A stretch of DNA of 64,000 nucleotides from an uncultured Rhodospirillaceae bacterium (GCA_964611435.1 CAZSXT010000002.1:64308-128307); one strand, 5' to 3'; counted from the first letter of the stretch, positions 39,514-48,236 are shown. Notes: generated by a model not told the origin, from the sequence alone. A program made the numbers and translations.

Positions 39514-39686
39514 TCTTGGGTAGATATTCAACGTCCGGTTCCTCGTGGGAAAAACGTAAAAACCCGCGTTTTCAGTCATTGAAATCGGGCGCTTTGCCTT
39601 GGATAACGACATTGCCCGGCCGGATTGTGACCTGTACCATCTTATTCTGAATCGAGGCTGACCCCACAGCCAGCAGGGAGAGACAG

Positions 39687-41903
39687 ATGTTTTTCAGGTC
39701 CAAGAATAAAGACCGGCCGTTCCATTGGGGGCCCTATCCCCTGGAGCGCTTGCCGCACGACGCCAACATCACCGATATCGAGTCGAACAAGCCGCCGGTG
39801 GCGAAACCGGCCGTTCCGCCGGTCCCGGCAGATAACCCTTTTGCCATGGCGGTCGACAAATACGCTAAAATTTTCCGTGAACAGGGCAAGGTCGATCCCT
39901 TGCCGCCGAAAGCGCCGGTGCCGGACGATCTTGCGCGCCGGACCCAGGACATCAAGGGCGCCGGCTATTTCCTGGACGCTTCCCAGATGGGAATCTGTAA
40001 ACTGCCCGCGAACGCCTGGTATGCCGGAGAAACCGCGACAGACCATGACCACGCCATCGTCATCATGGTGGCCCATGGCCGGACCCCTGAAGACGACAAC
40101 CTGGCCCACAAGTGGGTAAAGGGGCAGGAAGGGATCGGCGGACGGCTCCGCGCTCTGGAAATCGCCATTGCCATCGGCGAACATATTCAGTGGATGGGAT
40201 ATTCCGCCCGAGCCCACGATCCGGAAACCGGTCAGGTGGATATGGATCGGCTATCTGTGCTGGCTGGTCTCGGCATCCGGTCGGGCGACAAAATCGTGAA
40301 CCCTTATTTGGACGACAAATTTGAACTGGCCGTGGTCACCACGAACTATGCGTTGGCGATTGACACTCCGCTTTCGAATCGCGCCCGCAACGCCAAGGGT
40401 TTCGGCTATATGATCGGCGCCGGTGGCGCGGTGCCGGGTCTGGAGTGGAGCCGCCGCGCCGGCCGCAAAACCCATATGAGCAACTACCCGCTGGAACAGG
40501 TGAAAAGAGTCGATGAACCAACGACCCTAATCTTCGAAGACGAAGTGCCCAAGGTTTCCAAACGGGCCGAGTTTTTCGAGCGAGCCGCCCGGGGCGATAT
40601 GGGTCAAAAATCCCAGTTGGAGCGTTCCCGGTTTTCCTTCAAACACCCGTTCGCCCAGGCCATGGTCAGCCTGATCAAGTGCATGGTTCCGGAACAGGGT
40701 GGAGACACAGCCCCCGTGGCGCCAGGTTACGACGACGCCGAGGCCAATACCAAAGCGATCAAATCGTTATCCTACTATCTCGGCTCGGAGATGACCGGCA
40801 TTTGCGAAATACCCGGCTACGCCTGGTATTCGCATCGCAAGGACGGCTCCGAGATTAAGCCTTACAACAAATACGCAATCGTCATGTTGATCGACCAGGG
40901 CTATGAGACCATGGAAGGCGCATCCGGGGATGACTATATTTCCGGCGCCCAGTCCATGCGGGCCTATATGCGCGGTGCAGAGATCGCCGGCATCATGGGC
41001 GAATTGTTCCGTTCCCTCGGATACTATTCCCGGTCACAGACCAATGCGGATTCCGAGGTCCTGCACCCGCCGCTTGCCCTGGTCGCCGGGTTGGGAGAGC
41101 TAAGCCGGATTGGCGAGGTGATTCTGAACCCGTTTATCGGCCCACGGTTGAAAACCGTGGTGCTCACCACCGACATCCCTCTGGTGCCGGACAAACCGAT
41201 GGACTTCGGCCTCCAATATTTCTGCTCCAACTGCTGGAAATGCGCCCGGGAATGCCCGTGTGACGCCATATCCTGGGGCGATAAGGTGATCTTCAACGGT
41301 TACGAAATGTGGAAACCGGATGTGGAACGGTGCACTCGCTACCGGCTGACCAATCCCAAGGGACTGGCTTGCGGCCGCTGCATGAAAACCTGTCCTCTGA
41401 ACAAGGTGGTCACTTGGGAAGGGCCGATTGCGACGCGGGTCGCCTCTTGGTTCGGGGTGAATGTCCGCTGGCTTAAACCGCTTTTGGTGCCCATTGCCGT
41501 CAAACTGGATGATGCCCTCGGCCACGGGGTGCGCAATCCGGTTAAGAAATGGTGGCTGGACATGGAAATTGTCGATGGCAAGTGCATTGATCCGCCCAAA
41601 GGCGTCAATCAGCGCGACCTCAACCTTGATCACAAACTCGATCCGGCGGATCAAAAAATGGCCTATTACCATGCGGACGTTATGCCGCCGCCTGATGCGG
41701 GCGATCCTGTGCCAGTGGACCGAAAGGCGGCCTTGAAGGCGAAGGAATTGCTGGAATCTCCTGCCGAAGCGCTGGCCCGCCGTGCGGCTGGTAAACCCAA
41801 GCCGGGACATTATAATCCGACGCCGGCTCTGGGCACCGGGATGGATGTGGAACATGCGTCCGCCAACGCCATCTGGGACAAACCTCGGGGCCGGGAAAAC
41901 TAA
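39687..41903 (+). CDS. reductive-dehalogenase-like protein (RdhA/QueG superfamily, 2x[4Fe-4S]), cytoplasmic
   Basis: 738 aa with a GGGAGAG RBS. It has CSNCWKCARECPCDA plus a split C-x12-CGRCMKTCP motif. There is no Tat or Sec leader. Confidence 0.5.
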   Translation: MFFRSKNKDRPFHWGPYPLERLPHDANITDIESNKPPVAKPAVPPVPADNPFAMAVDKYAKIFREQGKVDPLPPKAPVPDDLARRTQDIKGAGYFLDASQMGICKLPANAWYAGETATDHDHAIVIMVAHGRTPEDDNLAHKWVKGQEGIGGRLRALEIAIAIGEHIQWMGYSARAHDPETGQVDMDRLSVLAGLGIRSGDKIVNPYLDDKFELAVVTTNYALAIDTPLSNRARNAKGFGYMIGAGGAVPGLEWSRRAGRKTHMSNYPLEQVKRVDEPTTLIFEDEVPKVSKRAEFFERAARGDMGQKSQLERSRFSFKHPFAQAMVSLIKCMVPEQGGDTAPVAPGYDDAEANTKAIKSLSYYLGSEMTGICEIPGYAWYSHRKDGSEIKPYNKYAIVMLIDQGYETMEGASGDDYISGAQSMRAYMRGAEIAGIMGELFRSLGYYSRSQTNADSEVLHPPLALVAGLGELSRIGEVILNPFIGPRLKTVVLTTDIPLVPDKPMDFGLQYFCSNCWKCARECPCDAISWGDKVIFNGYEMWKPDVERCTRYRLTNPKGLACGRCMKTCPLNKVVTWEGPIATRVASWFGVNVRWLKPLLVPIAVKLDDALGHGVRNPVKKWWLDMEIVDGKCIDPPKGVNQRDLNLDHKLDPADQKMAYYHADVMPPPDAGDPVPVDRKAALKAKELLESPAEALARRAAGKPKPGHYNPTPALGTGMDVEHASANAIWDKPRGREN

Positions 41904-41929
41904 ACGTCACAGCCTACGAGTAACCGAAA

Positions 41930-42946
41930 ATGAACGACGTTGTTGCACCCGCCCCCCTGGTGGAGGTCACGCGAAACGGCGTAGTGGAAAGCATCCACTA
42001 CGGCCATGTGGCCGTCGCCAATTATAAGGGCGAGATTCTTAAGGGTGCGGGAGACATCAACACCATCACCTATCCCCGCTCCGCGATGAAGCCCATCCAG
42101 GCCCTGGCCCTGATTGAATCCGGCGCGGCAAAAGCCTTTGATCTAGAACCCAACCACATTTGCCTGGCCTGTGCCTCCCATTGGGGGGAGCCCTATCACA
42201 TCGATACGGTCCGGCACTGGCTGGATATGATCGACTGTACGGAAGAACATCTGACCTGCGGCCACGACTTTCCTATCAATGTGGAGGAGATGGAAAAAAT
42301 CCTAGCCGCCGGCGGTAAACGGGAACGGATTTATCACAATTGCTCGGGCAAGCATGCAGGGCTTCTGACGCTTGCCCGCCACCTGGGTCACGATTTGGAC
42401 TACGGCAATTTCGATCATCCCGTTCAAAAGGCCTACCGGGAAAACCTATCGATCTTGATCGACCGCGATGCGGACGGCTTGGACTGGGGCATTGATGGAT
42501 GCACCTTGCCCGCGCCCGCTTTGCCACTGGGCCTGATGGCGACAGCCTTTGCCCGGCTGTCCGCGCCGAGCGTGTTGGAGAACGCCAAGAAAATGGCGGC
42601 GCTTACCATTTTTGACGCCATTGCCCAGGAACCCAATTACCTGTGGGGCACGAACGGACCCGGCAGCGACATTGTCCGGCTTACACGAGGCCGAATCATC
42701 GCCAAGATCGGCGCCGAAGGATATATGGCCGCGGCTGACCGTCAAAGCGGGCTGGGAATTGCCCTCAAAATTAGTGATGGCGCCCGGCGGCCCGTCTGCG
42801 TCGCGCTGATCGGCGTGCTAATAGAGCTGGGCATGCTGCACGACAGCGAGATCGAGGCGTTGCAAATGCACCATCGCCCGCCTGTCGCGAATTCCGGCGG
42901 AGAGATTGTGGGCGAACTCCGCGCCACAGAGAAAATCCTGAATTAG
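41930..42946 (+). CDS. asparaginase-II-family (Rhizobium etli type) protein
   Basis: 338 aa with a YPRSAMKPIQALALIESG motif. It lies 26 nt downstream of the RdhA-like gene. Confidence 0.65.
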   Translation: MNDVVAPAPLVEVTRNGVVESIHYGHVAVANYKGEILKGAGDINTITYPRSAMKPIQALALIESGAAKAFDLEPNHICLACASHWGEPYHIDTVRHWLDMIDCTEEHLTCGHDFPINVEEMEKILAAGGKRERIYHNCSGKHAGLLTLARHLGHDLDYGNFDHPVQKAYRENLSILIDRDADGLDWGIDGCTLPAPALPLGLMATAFARLSAPSVLENAKKMAALTIFDAIAQEPNYLWGTNGPGSDIVRLTRGRIIAKIGAEGYMAAADRQSGLGIALKISDGARRPVCVALIGVLIELGMLHDSEIEALQMHHRPPVANSGGEIVGELRATEKILN

Positions 42947-42952
42947 ATTGGA

Positions 42953-43768
42953 CTAGCTCGTCAATTCCGGATCGGAGAGAATTTTGTCCAACTCTTCACG
43001 GCTTTCCTCGACGCATTTCTGGTGGAAGGCAACCGCGTCCGGATCCAACTTATTGGTAATTTCCTGCACAAAGCTCGGTCTTTCCCGCATACGTTCCAGC
43101 CACGCCGTATAGGCGGGCCGGTCCGCATGCAGCGTGCCAAACCCTATCACATCCAACCGATGCAAGTACGGCACCAGCCCAGTGTCGGCGAGGCTGAACT
43201 CTTCGCCGGCCAGCCACGGGCCGGACTCTTGCAGTGACGCGTCCAGTTCCTTGATCAGACGCCGGTAGCGTTTCAACGCGATCGGGATCAGCGGCGACTT
43301 CACCCCTTCCGCAACTAGCGACTTCTGCCGGCGCATGGCGATCGGGTTCGGGTTGGCGTCAAAAAAGGCCTGCATCTCCTCCGGCGTCTTGGACCGGTAG
43401 ATGATCCGAAACACCAAACCGACATTGAGACTGTTAATGGAATGGCTGATCCAGCTCACGGTTTGTTCGGTTTGCCAGCGCATCCGCGCCCGGCCACGCG
43501 CGGTCGATGGCTTCAACGGCGGCTCCGGAAACTTATCGTCCAGATACTCACAGATCACCGTGGATTCAACGAAGGTTTCCCCGTCATCCACCAATGCCGG
43601 AACTTGGGCGTTTGGATTTACTTTTTTGTACTCGGGATCGAACTGCTCCCCTTTCTGCAGGTCCAAAATCCGGCTTTCGAATTCGAGACCTTTTTCCGCC
43701 AGAACCAAACGGACTTTTTGCGCGTTCGTTGAAAACGGGTTGTCGAAAAGGATCAGCATGGCTGTCAT
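42953..43768 (-). CDS. glutathione S-transferase family protein
   Basis: The N-terminal thioredoxin-like GST domain reads LFDNPFSTNAQKVRLVLAEKGLEFE...VPALVDDG...ESTVICEYL. Confidence 0.85.
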   Translation of the reverse strand: MTAMLILFDNPFSTNAQKVRLVLAEKGLEFESRILDLQKGEQFDPEYKKVNPNAQVPALVDDGETFVESTVICEYLDDKFPEPPLKPSTARGRARMRWQTEQTVSWISHSINSLNVGLVFRIIYRSKTPEEMQAFFDANPNPIAMRRQKSLVAEGVKSPLIPIALKRYRRLIKELDASLQESGPWLAGEEFSLADTGLVPYLHRLDVIGFGTLHADRPAYTAWLERMRERPSFVQEITNKLDPDAVAFHQKCVEESREELDKILSDPELTS

Positions 43769-43841
43769 TCCCTATAAGAAAATCATGACCGGAGAGTGCA
43801 TCGCCTAGAAACGTCTGGCAATGCCATTTCCGTTGCCGGTT

Positions 43842-44684
43842 TCAGCCGTCCCGGCCACCGAGACCATCGGGAAATATGTCATCCAGGATCGCCGCCATTA
43901 CTTCGTCCAACGGCCGTTTACGGGGCTGCTCGCCGAAGCAAAATGTCGGCACATCCTCGTGCCCGGCGAACGGGTCGCAATGTTTTAGATCATCCTGGTT
44001 CAATAACTTAACCCCGGCCTTGTAGGCGGCCGCCACCGGCGCGCGGGCGATCATCAGTTTGCCTGCGCCTGTCTCCACCGGACCGTTCGCCGTGGAAAAG
44101 GCGACAGGGACAAGATCGCCCCGCTGCACTGTGTAAGCGTCATTCAGAAAAAACTCGTACACCGCCTCTGTCACCGTCGGATACCAGGGATTAAACAGAT
44201 CGTCAGCGATAATGACCCCGTCCGGAGCGAGCACCCCTGCGGCCAGGGCGAGCTCACTCAAGACCGCGTCCTTACCATGGTCGCCATCGACACTGAACAG
44301 ACGAACGTCGTTGCCGCCGCACAAACCCGCCATGTCGGCCGGGCTCATAGACAAGCTATCCCCCACCTCCAATCGGTAACGGTCCCGTCCGAAACCGTAC
44401 TTCGCCATGTTGGCGTGGAATATGTCTAGGTCATCCGTATGGCTGCCCATGGGATCGCCGAACACATCCACGCCGATGCCGATCTCATCATTGCGGAGCC
44501 CGTGGCAGAGCAGCAGAAACGTCTTTCCCCGGAATACGCCGATCTCGGCCACCGGTCCCCGCACATCCCAATGGTCCTGCAATTCGATTAACGACCAGAT
44601 GATGGCCAAGGAACCTGATTGCAGCATACCGTGAATGTCATTCACACCGACCGTGGCATAGTGATGGAGCGCCTGTTTGTTCAT
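43842..44684 (-). CDS. class I SAM-dependent methyltransferase-like protein (Methyltransf_24-like)
   Basis: VAEIGVFRGKTF...FSVDGDHGKDAVLSEL...GVIIADD. Confidence 0.6.
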   Translation of the reverse strand: MNKQALHHYATVGVNDIHGMLQSGSLAIIWSLIELQDHWDVRGPVAEIGVFRGKTFLLLCHGLRNDEIGIGVDVFGDPMGSHTDDLDIFHANMAKYGFGRDRYRLEVGDSLSMSPADMAGLCGGNDVRLFSVDGDHGKDAVLSELALAAGVLAPDGVIIADDLFNPWYPTVTEAVYEFFLNDAYTVQRGDLVPVAFSTANGPVETGAGKLMIARAPVAAAYKAGVKLLNQDDLKHCDPFAGHEDVPTFCFGEQPRKRPLDEVMAAILDDIFPDGLGGRDG

Positions 44685-44716
44685 GGACCCACTATACGCC
44701 GGAACAAATAAACAAA

Positions 44717-44764
44717 AAGCTGACAGCAGGCCGGCGGCGGCCTAGGATTTTCGCTCGTCAGCTT
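44717..44764. promoter_or_regulatory. nested palindrome in a divergent promoter region
   Basis: The outer 8-bp inverted repeat aagctgac/gtcagctt encloses the hairpin aggccg-gcgg-cggcct (44728-44743). Confidence 0.4.
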
Positions 44765-44784
44765 GCATCGCAAAGGAACACATT

Positions 44785-45279
44785 ATGACCGGCGATCTTA
44801 AACCTCCCGCTATCAATCCCATGTCCATCGAAGCCGGCACAGGCACCTTGTACCCGGCGCATCTGGACTGCCCGGCGGAACCGCGGATCAAACGCCGTTT
44901 GGGCGACGCCTTGGGTCTGACTAAATTCGGGGTGAATCTCAGTATCCTGCCGCCTGGCGCCTGGTCGGCCTTCCGTCACTGGCACGAACAGGAAGATGAA
45001 TTCGTCTACATCCTGGAAGGCGAGGCCACCTTGGTTACCGATCACAGTGAGCAGATTCTTGGCCCCGGGGCGGCCGCAGGATTCCCCGGCGGCAAGGCCG
45101 ACGGCCACGTGCTTAAGAACAATACCGAAAACGATCTGGTCTATCTGGAGGTCGGCAACCGGTTCGACGACGAGGATGTCCACTATCCGGACGTCGATCT
45201 GCACCTGGAGAAACGACCGGGCAAACGTCAGTACTATGACAAGAAAGGAAACCCTCTGGAGGGGAAGGTCACCGCTTGA
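44785..45279 (+). CDS. cupin-domain protein
   Basis: 164 aa with FRHWHEQEDEFVYILEGE...G..AGFP.G...H, a cupin motif pair. Confidence 0.8.
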   Translation: MTGDLKPPAINPMSIEAGTGTLYPAHLDCPAEPRIKRRLGDALGLTKFGVNLSILPPGAWSAFRHWHEQEDEFVYILEGEATLVTDHSEQILGPGAAAGFPGGKADGHVLKNNTENDLVYLEVGNRFDDEDVHYPDVDLHLEKRPGKRQYYDKKGNPLEGKVTA

Positions 45280-45291
45280 TCGACCTTGGCC

Positions 45292-45579
45292 CTAGCGCCG
45301 GCCGGTAAACTGCTGCACGAACGCCTGCTTGTCTTCTTCGTCGTCAAACATGACCTTGTAGCTGCGGGCGTTCAGGCTGTCGTCCATATCTTCAAGGGTC
45401 AGCCCCCACTGGAACTTGCAATTGTCTTCCAGCCAGTTTTCGATCAGCCGGAAGGATTCATTTGTCCGGAATATGAGTCCGAACTTCCAGCCCCGCCGCT
45501 CAGCCGACTTCCGACCATATTGGACATCGGATGAATCGCCATCCTGCGAACGCCGGTCATAAATTTCGTTGTCGCTCAT
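45292..45579 (-). CDS. hypothetical protein
   Basis: 95-aa ORF with a plausible codon pattern. No motif was recognised. Confidence 0.5.
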   Translation of the reverse strand: MSDNEIYDRRSQDGDSSDVQYGRKSAERRGWKFGLIFRTNESFRLIENWLEDNCKFQWGLTLEDMDDSLNARSYKVMFDDEEDKQAFVQQFTGRR

Positions 45580-45864
45580 TCTAGAACTGATCCGTCACTC
45601 GATCCCAGGAATTATCCATAGCATGACGCTTCGCTAGATCTCTTTTCAGTCTATGATATAGGCACAAATTGAGAAAAACCAACTCGGGTAGTGCCGTCCT
45701 TGTCAGGGAAAACCCGGAATCCCGCGCTGGGAGTCGCTTTTCTTGAACTAATCTGCTATGATTCCTGCTTGATCGGGAGGTTTAGGCCGGATCGGGATAG
45801 AATGTCCCTGGGCCGAAGCTCCCGGAGAAAGACAGATTGAGATGCGACAGGAGGTCGCGATCCA

Positions 45865-47112
45865 ATGACCGTCGAAGCGTTCAGTTCGACAGCGACGATC
45901 GTGGGTGCCATCACAGGCGGTGTAGAAGCCGTTGACCGCGCCCTATTGCGAAGTCGCGGCACGGCCCAGTCCAGTGTGGCCAAAAGTCTGCAGGAGCAGT
46001 TCGGCTCTCGCATCGATGCGGCTTTGGCCAATCTCAACGCCGGCGTCTCCAACGCCAAGACCGAGGCCCTGGCCAGCGAACAGGCGGTCCTGATCGGCCG
46101 TAAATCCCGCATCACCGAAGCGGTGGAGGTGATCAGCCAGGCGCTCAGCCAATTCGATTACCTGAAGAACCACATCACCTATCTGGAGGAGCAGATTACC
46201 AGTCTTGAGAACGGCGACATTACGGCCGCGACACTGGCCGCCGACTGGGACAATAAACTCCGCAAGATCAACCAATTATCCGACGCCGGTGATGAGCAAT
46301 ATTTCGACGGCGGGCTCTATTATCAAAAGAACCTGATTGGCTCTTTGTCGCGGGAAACTTTCCTCACACAAAATCTATACGCGCCGTTCAATTCAGAGGG
46401 CGATCTCTATCAGGTTGCGGGCGTTTATCTGGGCACCGACTACCACCTGACCGAAACCAGTCCCGGTTCCGAGGTCTGGTATTCGGACGTAGGCTTTTTG
46501 GGCTCAGAAGAGGCCACCGGCACGCTGACCGAATATACCAGTTTCCCCGATACGCCGACGGGCAACACCGAAGATGTCACCACCATCAATTTCACCGGCT
46601 TTACCGATAACGCGGGCAGTGACGACGTGGTGGCCTTCACAATGACAGACGCTACCCCGGTCACGGCAACGGTCAACCGGGGCGGGCTCGGCATCCTGGA
46701 TGCATGGCTGTATGACGATTTTTCCACCGCCGTCGACGCCAACGCCATCGAACGCGCCAAGGCGGATTTGAACGCCGCCGAGGGAAAAATCCTGACCGCC
46801 GAGGCGGAGTTCCGCGCAGACCTGCAGGCATTGCAATCCCGCTCCAGCATCTTCGACAGTTTGATCGACGGAATCGAAAAAGAGATTCAGGCGAACATCC
46901 AGGACGTCCGCGACGACCAGGAGGCCGACCTGCTGGCCCTGCAGCTTGAGTTCGAAGTGGCGAAGTTCGGTCTGTCGCTGTTGGCGGCCAGAGGCAGCAC
47001 CTTGGTCTTCAGTTTGATCATCGCCCAGGATGCCGGCACCGGCGATGTGCCGGCCAGCACCAAACAATCGGGCGAGGCCGTGCTGGGCGCGACCCTTAAC
47101 GTCAGGGCATAG
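45865..47112 (+). CDS. hypothetical protein with flagellin-like tripartite architecture
   Basis: 415 aa, with AGGAGG 11 nt upstream. Helical heptad-rich N-terminal (about 150 aa) and C-terminal (about 130 aa) regions flank a Thr/Gly/Asp-rich middle. The C-terminal tract resembles the flagellin CD0/CD1 style. Confidence 0.6.
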   Translation: MTVEAFSSTATIVGAITGGVEAVDRALLRSRGTAQSSVAKSLQEQFGSRIDAALANLNAGVSNAKTEALASEQAVLIGRKSRITEAVEVISQALSQFDYLKNHITYLEEQITSLENGDITAATLAADWDNKLRKINQLSDAGDEQYFDGGLYYQKNLIGSLSRETFLTQNLYAPFNSEGDLYQVAGVYLGTDYHLTETSPGSEVWYSDVGFLGSEEATGTLTEYTSFPDTPTGNTEDVTTINFTGFTDNAGSDDVVAFTMTDATPVTATVNRGGLGILDAWLYDDFSTAVDANAIERAKADLNAAEGKILTAEAEFRADLQALQSRSSIFDSLIDGIEKEIQANIQDVRDDQEADLLALQLEFEVAKFGLSLLAARGSTLVFSLIIAQDAGTGDVPASTKQSGEAVLGATLNVRA

Positions 47113-47118
47113 ATTTCC

Positions 47119-48174
47119 TTAAAGATGCGCGAGAGCGTGCTTGGCGACTTTCTTCATGACCGTCGGCAATGCGTGATCACCGAGCTGATCTATGGGCGCC
47201 CACACCCCTTCGGGCGCCATGTCGTCGCCCGCCTCTCCCGCGAACACGGTGAGTTCCAGGTGAAAATGGGTGAAGGTGTGGCGCACCCGGCCTTCCAATA
47301 ATTTCCAGTCGGCCCGAACCGGCGCAGCCGCCTCGAGATCATCCGAGTTCCACGCCCCTTCCCGCCAGTCGCCCGTCGGAAACTCCATCATGCCGCCAAG
47401 CAGCCCCTGTTCCGGGCGGCGGCGCAACAGAACGCGGCCCTGCCGGTCGACCAGCCAGAAGATGATGCCCGACCGAGTCGGACGTTCCGCCTTCTTCTCC
47501 CGGACCGGATAGTCGGCGGCATCCCCACGGGCCGCGCCTTTGCAAATCTCCCGCCAGGGACAGAGCGCGCACATGGGATTACGAGGCGTGCAGATGGTCG
47601 CTCCCAGATCCATTACGGCCTGGGCGAAGTCGCCGTACCGCGCCGGCGGCAACATGCCCTTGGCCAGTTCGATGAGTTCCGGCTTAGCCTTGGGCATGGG
47701 GGTCTTTACCCGGTGCAGTCTTGCCATCACCCGTTCGATATTGCCGTCCACCGGCATGGCCGCCCGGTCAAAGGCGATGGCCGCAATCGCCGCCGCCGTG
47801 TAGGGACCGATCCCCGGCAGCGCCAAAAACCCCTCTTCCGTGTCGGGAAACACGCCGCCCAGCTCATCCGCCACCATGCGGGCGCATTTGTGCAAATTGC
47901 GGGCGCGGGCGTAATAGCCGAGCCCCTGCCAGGCGTGCAGCACCTCGTCCAGTTCGGCCCGCGCCAGATCGAGAACCGTGGGCCAGCGGGCCAGGAAATC
48001 CTCGAAATAGCCTTTAACCGACGCCACTGTCGTCTGCTGCAGCATGATCTCCGACAACCAAACGTGATACGGGTCGGGGACCACGCCGTCCCGCGCCCGC
48101 CACGGCAGGTTTCGGGCATGGCGGTCATACCAGTCGAGAAGGCGCGCCGCGGGATGATCTGACATTTTGGCCAT
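47119..48174 (-). CDS. mutY: A/G-specific adenine DNA glycosylase
   Basis: LLDWYDRHARNLPWR, an HhH-GPD region, a CxxxxxxCxxCxxxxxC cluster (CTPRNPMCALCPWREIC) and a NUDIX-like C-terminus. Confidence 0.9.
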   Translation of the reverse strand: MAKMSDHPAARLLDWYDRHARNLPWRARDGVVPDPYHVWLSEIMLQQTTVASVKGYFEDFLARWPTVLDLARAELDEVLHAWQGLGYYARARNLHKCARMVADELGGVFPDTEEGFLALPGIGPYTAAAIAAIAFDRAAMPVDGNIERVMARLHRVKTPMPKAKPELIELAKGMLPPARYGDFAQAVMDLGATICTPRNPMCALCPWREICKGAARGDAADYPVREKKAERPTRSGIIFWLVDRQGRVLLRRRPEQGLLGGMMEFPTGDWREGAWNSDDLEAAAPVRADWKLLEGRVRHTFTHFHLELTVFAGEAGDDMAPEGVWAPIDQLGDHALPTVMKKVAKHALAHL

Positions 48175-48236
48175 GGGAAAAGACTAGCACGGACGGCGGG
48201 GCATGCTAAATTGCCTCTCAACAAAGGATCGAGACC

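Noticed and set aside
39322-39650. 86-aa and 63-aa ORFs inside the cyclase/RdhA spacer
   Set aside because: They have no RBS, AT-rich atypical codon usage and Cys/Val/Ser-rich sequences without motifs. They are more likely non-coding.
39315-39686. Possible cobalamin riboswitch upstream of the RdhA-like gene
   Set aside because: ggttcctcgtgggaaaaacgtaaaaacccgcg vaguely recalls the GGTTCC...GGGAA...GTGAAAATCC segment. There is no B12 box (AGYCMGG.GACCKGCC), no GCCACTG and no CCCGCAACTGT element, so the conserved core is absent.
45580-45864. Sigma28 (TAAA-N15-GCCGATAA) or sigma54 (TGGCAC-N5-TTGC) flagellar-type promoter upstream of the flagellin-like ORF
   Set aside because: I scanned the spacer by eye and found only weak partial matches (ctgggccgaagctcc, gccggatcgg). 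Nothing is convincing.
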